Positions 26,025 through 32,000 of a DNA stretch of 32,000 nucleotides are shown here, in pieces. This DNA comes from Formosa sp. Hel1_33_131 (GTDB taxonomy: Bacteria; Bacteroidota; Bacteroidia; Flavobacteriales; Flavobacteriaceae), in the NCBI RefSeq assembly GCF_001735745.1, contig NZ_CP017260.1:1110001-1142000 (forward strand), read 5' to 3'. The notes beneath the pieces are model-generated. The model saw nothing but the letters and a program-made list of their open reading frames with translations, had not been told where the DNA came from and did not search any database. The translations under genes were made by a program, and so were the position numbers. The first letter of the stretch is position 1, and every line of letters begins with the position of its first letter.

Positions 26025-27984
26025 TTATCTTTTGAGCGTAAAATTCGCTCTTAATTGGTTGATTTTTCCTGTTACAGGCTCATTGTAATCTAATACAAAC
26101 CAATAATCGCTGGACGGGAGTCGTTCTCCGTTAAAGGTCCCATCCCAACCCTTACCTGTTGGACTGATTTGTTTTAACAATTTGCCGTAACGGTCAAATA
26201 TATAAATTTTTGAGCTAGATTTCACTGTCATTCCTACGATATTCCATGTGTCGTGATATCCATCGCCGTTTGGTGTGAAAAATTTTGGGTATCCTATCAC
26301 TATTTTTCTATGAGTAATCTCATTACAGTTCAAAAGATCCCGTACATAAATAATATGTTCCCCTATCCTAACATTTTCAAATAGGGTCTCCCGCTGCCAG
26401 GGTCCAAAATCAACTCTATACTCATAAACGCCTGTGCCTACAACGCTAACTTCTAGTTGATTATTGTCTGAAAACACGGGGGATAGTAGTGTGACATCTA
26501 TGCTTTCGGGAGGATAGGAGCTTACGACTTCGGTGCTGGCTGGTATGCGACAACCGGAGGCGAGGTTCGTTGCGAGTACTGTGTAGATGCCTTCTGAGTT
26601 TGGAGAGAAGGTGGCGCTGGTGGCGCCGGGTATTATAAAACTATTGGGGTCAAAATCAACTTCTTCGATGCTGCCCTTGTACCATTGAAAACTGTAAATG
26701 GCAGTACTTAGCTGGGTGTCGATTGGGGGGATGGGTAAAAATGTTTGGGTGACTGGACTAATGACTTGGTCGTTTTTGTTTAGACAGATCATATAACGGT
26801 CTAAGATGCCTATTTCGGGGACGGGATTGACAATGATGGTTAAGGGAATGATTATAAAGCAGTGATTTAATTTTGGTTTGACCCGAATATAGATTTCCTG
26901 TGTCAGAACAATGGTGTTTTCAAAGTTGGTGGGGTCTGCAATATTGTTTGTATTGCCTGATTGTGCATCCATTTGGTCTTCGTAGTAGCTGATGTCAAAG
27001 TCTGCGGGGTTGAGTCCGTTTAATATTTGGGTTTCTCTTAATGTTAGATCAAAGTAATCAAAGCCGTTGTTGTCGATCTCACATTCTTCTATCGGGGTGG
27101 GGGTTTTGTTTACATTGGCGTACAATACGGTGATTAAGTCTAGGGTGATGGTTTTTGTACATTGGTTGGTGCCTGTGGCGAGTATGAGGATTGTTCTTGT
27201 GAAGGTGTTGTTTGTATAGGTTGTTGGATTGGGGATTGGATTGTTGGTGTCTAAATCCTGTTGGGTTTCAAAGTAGCTTAGTACGATGCTGGGGTCGTTG
27301 TTTGTGATTTGGTCTTTTCGGATGGTTAAATCATAGACTGTGGTTACTTGGTCGTTACATTCAATGATCGGATCGGGAGTGAATAGAACGGGGTTTAAAT
27401 TTACGTGTAGTTGAAAGTTGATGTCGGTGCGCACGCATTCTCGTACATCTAGATTCATGTTGTTGTCTGGGTCAAATTGGGCTCTTACGTAAATGGTTTG
27501 GGGGTTGGTGGTGTTTGAGTAGGTGTTTGGATTTGGAATGGGGATGTTGTTTATGGCGTCTTGTTCACTTAGGTGGTAGCTGATCAGGATGGGGGTGGTT
27601 TGACTGCCTATGAGTTCGGTGTCTTTGGTGGTTAAGTCAAAGGTGGTTTGAGTCGTGTCGCTACACAAAACATAGTCTGTAATGGTGCTGCTTTCTGGAA
27701 GAGGGTCAACGTTGAGGGTGATGTGGTGTCCGAGTCCCAAACAGGCATTGACATCGTTACTGTCGACACGGGCATAGATGTTTTGGGTGGTGGGATTTGC
27801 GCTGTTTCTGTATTTGGTGATGTCTGCTATGGGATTGGTCTCGGCTAGGGCATCGGCTTCTGAGATATAATAGGAAACGGTGAGGTTCTGATTGGTTGGA
27901 AGTTGGGCAAGGACTTGAGCGGTGGCATCACTAAAATCAAATGCGGCAACGCCATTGGAGTTGTCGTTATCGACTTCTGTGTCG
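26025..27984. repeat. Segmental duplication, copy 1 (offset +4016 to copy 2)
   Basis: About 99% identical to 30041-32000, except for the first ~60 nt and a ~15-nt patch at 27684-27698. Identity continues to the window edge. Confidence 0.95.
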
Positions 27985-29957
27985 TCACAAACATAGTATT
28001 CTAGTTGAAAGGTGGAGGGGATGAGTGTGGCGCCTACGACTAAATTTATTTTTGAGACTCTAAAACATCCATGGATGGTTTCGGCTCGTGCATAGACAAT
28101 ACTCATTACTGGGGTTGGGTTGGTGTAAATGGTGGGAGTGGTGATCTGATCTGCTAGAAGGCCCATTTCTGCCTTGGCTGAACTCAGGTAGTAGGTGAAG
28201 GTTTCATTGGTATAGTCACTGGATATGAGTTGATTGGCTTCGGTTAAGTTAAAATCGGTAATACCATCGGTGTCGGAGTCGCATTGTTTGAGGATGACTT
28301 CTAAATTCACTACAGGTAACGGGTTGACTATGAGTTGAAAGCTGCTGGTGCCAAAACAGTCGACATTTAATTTGTTTTCGAGTCGTGCATAAATAGTCTG
28401 GGGGTTAGTGGTGTTTTGAATGGGTGCTGTAATTTCGGTGCCAACCACAGCTGCATCGGCAGCAGCCTGATCGTAATAGAATTTAACGGTATAGTCCGAG
28501 GCCAGTTGAGTTCCTAAAACCTCCGGAATCTTGGGACTTAAATCAAATTCTACAAATCCATTGGTGTCATCGCCGTCAACTGAATCGTCGCATTGAATAA
28601 TGGTATTGGGAGTGTTTGCCGTGGGTTGCAATCGAACTTCAATATCAAAACTAACTACCTCATAGCAGCTTTGTGTCATATCGGCAATACGAAGCCAAAT
28701 GGTTTCTGTCGCTAAGGAGTTTTGATATGGGATTGATAGTGGACTCAGGTTGCCTTCTGCATCGGTCTGACTTGTATGATAGCTAATAGGAAAGTTTGAA
28801 GCCGATTGAGTTCCTAATACCAAAACTTCATTGGCTGAAAAATTAAACACTTCCATACCATTGCCGTCTGTTTCACATAATAAAATATCTGCTGGTGGGC
28901 TTGTGATCACTGGAGGTGTTGTAAATTCAATGACAATTTCATCAGTTGCTTCGCAGCCACCAACTAAAATAGCTTTAAAATTATACGTTCCATCCGCAGA
29001 AACGAGTAGTGTTGAATTGGTCTCTCCTGCCATTAAAGTCCCATCTTTAAACCATTCAAATGTAGTCCCTGCAGCAGAAAGAGTGGTGTTTAATGTAATA
29101 TCGGTTCCCTGACATCCTGGATTTCCATTTACAATAAGGCGATCATTTCCTAAATCTCCTCCAATATTAAAACTACCACCTTCAATGAAAATAGCAGAAT
29201 CCCAAGCATCATCTCCCTGATCTGCAACAACAAGTTTTATTTCATAGACAACCCCTGGGGTCACAACCGAAGAGGCTGTTAAAGCTTTTGTGCGTCCTCC
29301 ATAGTTGGTGTTTCCAACTCCGTAACCCTGAAAGTATTGTGTGTTTGCTCTGCAACTATTTGCGTCGTTGATGTTCCGCACACTTACAGGTGTTCCCGTT
29401 GGTAAAACAGCTAAATTCGCATAGCTTGTTGTCCCTACTTCTCGCAACAAAAAGGCAAAACTATCCGCAAAAGTACACTCTGTGCTCCCATTATACTCTT
29501 CAGAAGCCATTATAAATCTAAAATCAATCGTATCTACTTGAGGCGTAAAGTTGAATTTGATAAATGTAGCATCTTGAGTATTTGTCTGACCTAAAGCCGC
29601 TTCTAAATCTGAATCTCCTGGGGCACCATTTCCATGGTCTATCAAATTACCACTTGTTGTATTCCCCGCAGGGAAGGCTTTCCCTGTAGTCAGTATCACA
29701 CCTTCTTCAAATGGAAAGGTACTCCCTGTTGGTCTCTTAAAATAGCCGTAGCTTTTAGTTGTTAAATCTCCTGGGGCACCATTTACTTGGAACGTAAAAT
29801 TATCTACCGAGGAGCAAGAACTTGAGATTATGACTTTTTTAATAAGTTCTTCGGGACCATAGCTGGACTCTGGGAAAGCAGAATCATTAATACTGATAAT
29901 TTGAGCAAATCCAATAGAGGATATACAGAATGTCAGAAGTGTAAGTAGGTTTTTCAT
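26025..29957 (-). CDS. T9SS type-B C-terminal sorting domain cargo protein, adhesin-like (1310 aa)
   Basis: Signal peptide, then an N-terminal ~240-aa domain resembling choice-of-anchor L (call from memory). Two Ig-like W-[FY]-K-[DG]-G segments. Seven ~100-aa Cys-bracketed tandem modules. C-terminal YPKFFTPNGDGYHDTW...FDRYGKLL...WDGTFNG..LPSSDYWF, the gliding-motility-associated C-terminal domain. Confidence 0.9.
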   Translation of the reverse strand: MKNLLTLLTFCISSIGFAQIISINDSAFPESSYGPEELIKKVIISSSCSSVDNFTFQVNGAPGDLTTKSYGYFKRPTGSTFPFEEGVILTTGKAFPAGNTTSGNLIDHGNGAPGDSDLEAALGQTNTQDATFIKFNFTPQVDTIDFRFIMASEEYNGSTECTFADSFAFLLREVGTTSYANLAVLPTGTPVSVRNINDANSCRANTQYFQGYGVGNTNYGGRTKALTASSVVTPGVVYEIKLVVADQGDDAWDSAIFIEGGSFNIGGDLGNDRLIVNGNPGCQGTDITLNTTLSAAGTTFEWFKDGTLMAGETNSTLLVSADGTYNFKAILVGGCEATDEIVIEFTTPPVITSPPADILLCETDGNGMEVFNFSANEVLVLGTQSASNFPISYHTSQTDAEGNLSPLSIPYQNSLATETIWLRIADMTQSCYEVVSFDIEVRLQPTANTPNTIIQCDDSVDGDDTNGFVEFDLSPKIPEVLGTQLASDYTVKFYYDQAAADAAVVGTEITAPIQNTTNPQTIYARLENKLNVDCFGTSSFQLIVNPLPVVNLEVILKQCDSDTDGITDFNLTEANQLISSDYTNETFTYYLSSAKAEMGLLADQITTPTIYTNPTPVMSIVYARAETIHGCFRVSKINLVVGATLIPSTFQLEYYVCDDTEVDNDNSNGVAAFDFSDATAQVLAQLPTNQNLTVSYYISEADALAETNPIADITKYRNSANPTTQNIYARVDSNDVNACLGLGHHITLNVDPLPESSTITDYVLCSDTTQTTFDLTTKDTELIGSQTTPILISYHLSEQDAINNIPIPNPNTYSNTTNPQTIYVRAQFDPDNNMNLDVRECVRTDINFQLHVNLNPVLFTPDPIIECNDQVTTVYDLTIRKDQITNNDPSIVLSYFETQQDLDTNNPIPNPTTYTNNTFTRTILILATGTNQCTKTITLDLITVLYANVNKTPTPIEECEIDNNGFDYFDLTLRETQILNGLNPADFDISYYEDQMDAQSGNTNNIADPTNFENTIVLTQEIYIRVKPKLNHCFIIIPLTIIVNPVPEIGILDRYMICLNKNDQVISPVTQTFLPIPPIDTQLSTAIYSFQWYKGSIEEVDFDPNSFIIPGATSATFSPNSEGIYTVLATNLASGCRIPASTEVVSSYPPESIDVTLLSPVFSDNNQLEVSVVGTGVYEYRVDFGPWQRETLFENVRIGEHIIYVRDLLNCNEITHRKIVIGYPKFFTPNGDGYHDTWNIVGMTVKSSSKIYIFDRYGKLLKQISPTGKGWDGTFNGERLPSSDYWFVLDYNEPVTGKINQLRANFTLKR

Positions 29958-30040
29958 AGATTTGGGTTTCTATTTAAACTGATTTCCTATGAGCTGCTTT
30001 GAGTGGATTTTATAGGAACTATTTTATGTTTTCAATGCAT

Positions 30041-32000
30041 TTATCTTTTCAATGTAAAATATGATTTTAGCTGACTGGCCTTCCCTGTTACGGGGTCATT
30101 GTAATCTAATACAAACCAATAATCGCTAGACGGGAGACGTTCTCCGTTAAAAGTCCCATCCCAACCCTTACCTGTTGGACTGATTTGTTTTAACAATTTG
30201 CCGTAACGGTCAAATATATAAGTTTTTGAGCTAGATTTCACTGTCATTCCTACGATATTCCATGTGTCGTGATATCCATCGCCGTTTGGTGTGAAAAATT
30301 TTGGGTATCCTATCACTATTTTTCTATGAGTAATCTCATTACAGTTCAAAAGATCCCGTACATAAATAATATGTTCCCCTATCCTAACATTTTCAAATAG
30401 GGTCTCCCGCTGCCAGGGTCCAAAATCAACTCTATACTCATAAACGCCTGTGCCTACAACGCTAACTTCTAGTTGATTATTGTCTGAAAACACGGGGGAT
30501 AGTAGTGTGACATCTATGCTTTCGGGAGGATAGGAGCTTACGACTTCGGTGCTGGCTGGTATGCGACAACCGGAGGCGAGGTTCGTTGCGAGTACAGTGT
30601 AGATGCCTTCTGAGTTTGGAGAGAAGGTGGCGCTGGTGGCGCCGGGTATTATAAAACTATTGGGGTCAAAATCAACTTCTTCGATGCTGCCCTTGTACCA
30701 TTGAAAACTGTAAATGGCAGTACTTAGCTGGGTGTCGATTGGGGGGATGGGTAAAAATGTTTGGGTGACTGGACTAATGACTTGGTCGTTTTTGTTTAGA
30801 CAGATCATATAACGGTCTAAGATGCCTATTTCGGGGACGGGATTGACAATGATGGTTAAGGGAATGATTATAAAGCAGTGATTTAATTTTGGTTTGACCC
30901 GAATATAGATTTCCTGTGTCAGAACAATGGTGTTTTCAAAGTTGGTGGGGTCTGCAATATTGTTTGTATTGCCTGATTGTGCATCCATTTGGTCTTCGTA
31001 GTAGCTGATGTCAAAGTCTGCGGGGTTGAGTCCGTTTAATATTTGGGTTTCTCTTAATGTTAGATCAAAGTAATCAAAGCCGTTGTTGTCGATCTCACAT
31101 TCTTCTATCGGGGTGGGGGTTTTGTTTACATTGGCGTACAATACGGTGATTAAGTCTAGGGTGATGGTTTTTGTACATTGGTTGGTGCCTGTGGCGAGTA
31201 TGAGGATTGTTCTTGTGAAGGTGTTGTTTGTATAGGTTGTTGGATTGGGGATTGGATTGTTGGTGTCTAAATCCTGTTGGGTTTCAAAGTAGCTTAGTAC
31301 GATGCTGGGGTCGTTGTTTGTGATTTGGTCTTTTCGGATGGTTAAATCATAGACTGTGGTTACTTGGTCGTTACATTCAATGATCGGATCGGGAGTGAAT
31401 AGAACGGGGTTTAAATTTACGTGTAGTTGAAAGTTGATGTCGGTGCGCACGCATTCTCGTACATCTAGATTCATGTTGTTGTCTGGGTCAAATTGGGCTC
31501 TTACGTAAATGGTTTGGGGGTTGGTGGTGTTTGAGTAAGTGTTTGGATTTGGAATGGGGATGTTGTTTATGGCGTCTTGTTCACTTAGGTGGTAGCTGAT
31601 CAGGATGGGGGTGGTTTGACTGCCTATGAGTTCGGTGTCTTTGGTGGTTAAGTCAAAGGTGGTTTGAGTCGTGTCGCTACACAAAACATAGTCTGTAATG
31701 GTGTTTCTGTTGGGAAGGGGGTCAACGTTGAGGGTGATGTGGTGTCCGAGTCCCAAACAGGCATTGACATCGTTACTGTCGACACGGGCATAGATGTTTT
31801 GGGTGGTGGGATTTGCGCTGTTTCTGTATTTGGTGATGTCTGCTATGGGATTGGTCTCGGCTAGGGCATCGGCTTCTGAGATATAATAGGAAACGGTGAG
31901 GTTCTGATTGGTTGGAAGTTGGGCAAGGACTTGAGCGGTGGCATCACTAAAATCAAATACGGCAACGCCATTGGAGTTGTCGTTATCGACTTCTGTGTCG
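30041..32000 (-). CDS. Paralogous T9SS type-B CTD cargo protein, N-terminus beyond the window (partial)
   Basis: The frame stays open to nt 32000. The ORF track start at 31756 is only the first in-frame TTG, which is Leu in the paralog. The visible 653 codons align codon-for-codon with residues 658-1310 of the 26025-29957 protein. Confidence 0.88.
   Translation of the reverse strand, partial: DTEVDNDNSNGVAVFDFSDATAQVLAQLPTNQNLTVSYYISEADALAETNPIADITKYRNSANPTTQNIYARVDSNDVNACLGLGHHITLNVDPLPNRNTITDYVLCSDTTQTTFDLTTKDTELIGSQTTPILISYHLSEQDAINNIPIPNPNTYSNTTNPQTIYVRAQFDPDNNMNLDVRECVRTDINFQLHVNLNPVLFTPDPIIECNDQVTTVYDLTIRKDQITNNDPSIVLSYFETQQDLDTNNPIPNPTTYTNNTFTRTILILATGTNQCTKTITLDLITVLYANVNKTPTPIEECEIDNNGFDYFDLTLRETQILNGLNPADFDISYYEDQMDAQSGNTNNIADPTNFENTIVLTQEIYIRVKPKLNHCFIIIPLTIIVNPVPEIGILDRYMICLNKNDQVISPVTQTFLPIPPIDTQLSTAIYSFQWYKGSIEEVDFDPNSFIIPGATSATFSPNSEGIYTVLATNLASGCRIPASTEVVSSYPPESIDVTLLSPVFSDNNQLEVSVVGTGVYEYRVDFGPWQRETLFENVRIGEHIIYVRDLLNCNEITHRKIVIGYPKFFTPNGDGYHDTWNIVGMTVKSSSKTYIFDRYGKLLKQISPTGKGWDGTFNGERLPSSDYWFVLDYNDPVTGKASQLKSYFTLKR
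30041..32000. repeat. Segmental duplication, copy 2
   Basis: See copy 1. The full extent is unknown because the window ends. Confidence 0.95.

Noticed and set aside
27648-27848. Duplicated 66-aa + strand ORFs (27648-27848 and 31664-31864), whose conservation might suggest a real gene.
   Set aside because: Their conservation simply reflects the segmental duplication of the minus-strand adhesin genes. They are antisense Gly/Val-rich shadow frames in G/T-skewed sequence.
29958-30040. The 83-bp gap between the two cargo paralogs as a possible promoter or phase-variation switch.
   Set aside because: I could find no TAnnTTTG box, inverted repeats or homopolymer tract there, so there is nothing to support a call.

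Overview
Low-GC chromosomal window from a Bacteroidota, Flavobacteriia-type organism. This call rests on gene content (a T9SS PorP/SprF gene, type-B CTD cargo, a bamA-ompH-ompH-murI block, GH3/DUF2797) and on recurrent TAnnTTTG -7 promoter boxes. There are three zones. (1) 1-4600 is an accessory region downstream of a tRNA-Gly(GCC)/tRNA-Leu(UAA) operon. It holds a GC-richer repeat-protein ORF, a class II Fic enzyme and three type II toxin-antitoxin modules (HicAB, RelE/ParE-type, YafQ/RelE-type). The spacers between these modules are decayed copies of the neighbouring tRNA locus. A 70-bp direct repeat containing the Fic 3' end brackets the whole TA array. No recombinase, IS element or CRISPR array is visible. 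(2) 4880-25010 is densely packed core housekeeping: mutS, a SpoU/TrmH methyltransferase, a folK-deoxynucleoside kinase fusion, DUF2797, GH3, clpX, clpP, tig, a hydrolase, pdxJ, a CBS protein, nadK, DUF6089, uppS, bamA, two ompH/skp genes and murI. (3) 25015-32000 is a T9SS cargo locus: a PorP/SprF gene, a 1310-aa type-B CTD adhesin-like protein, and an upstream paralog cut by the window edge. At least the last 1.96 kb of the paralog is about 99% identical to the first gene, apart from sharply bounded divergent patches. The best candidate for something undescribed is the integrase-less TA cassette array built on pseudo-copies of the tRNA operon. All homology calls are by eye from motifs; no database search was possible.
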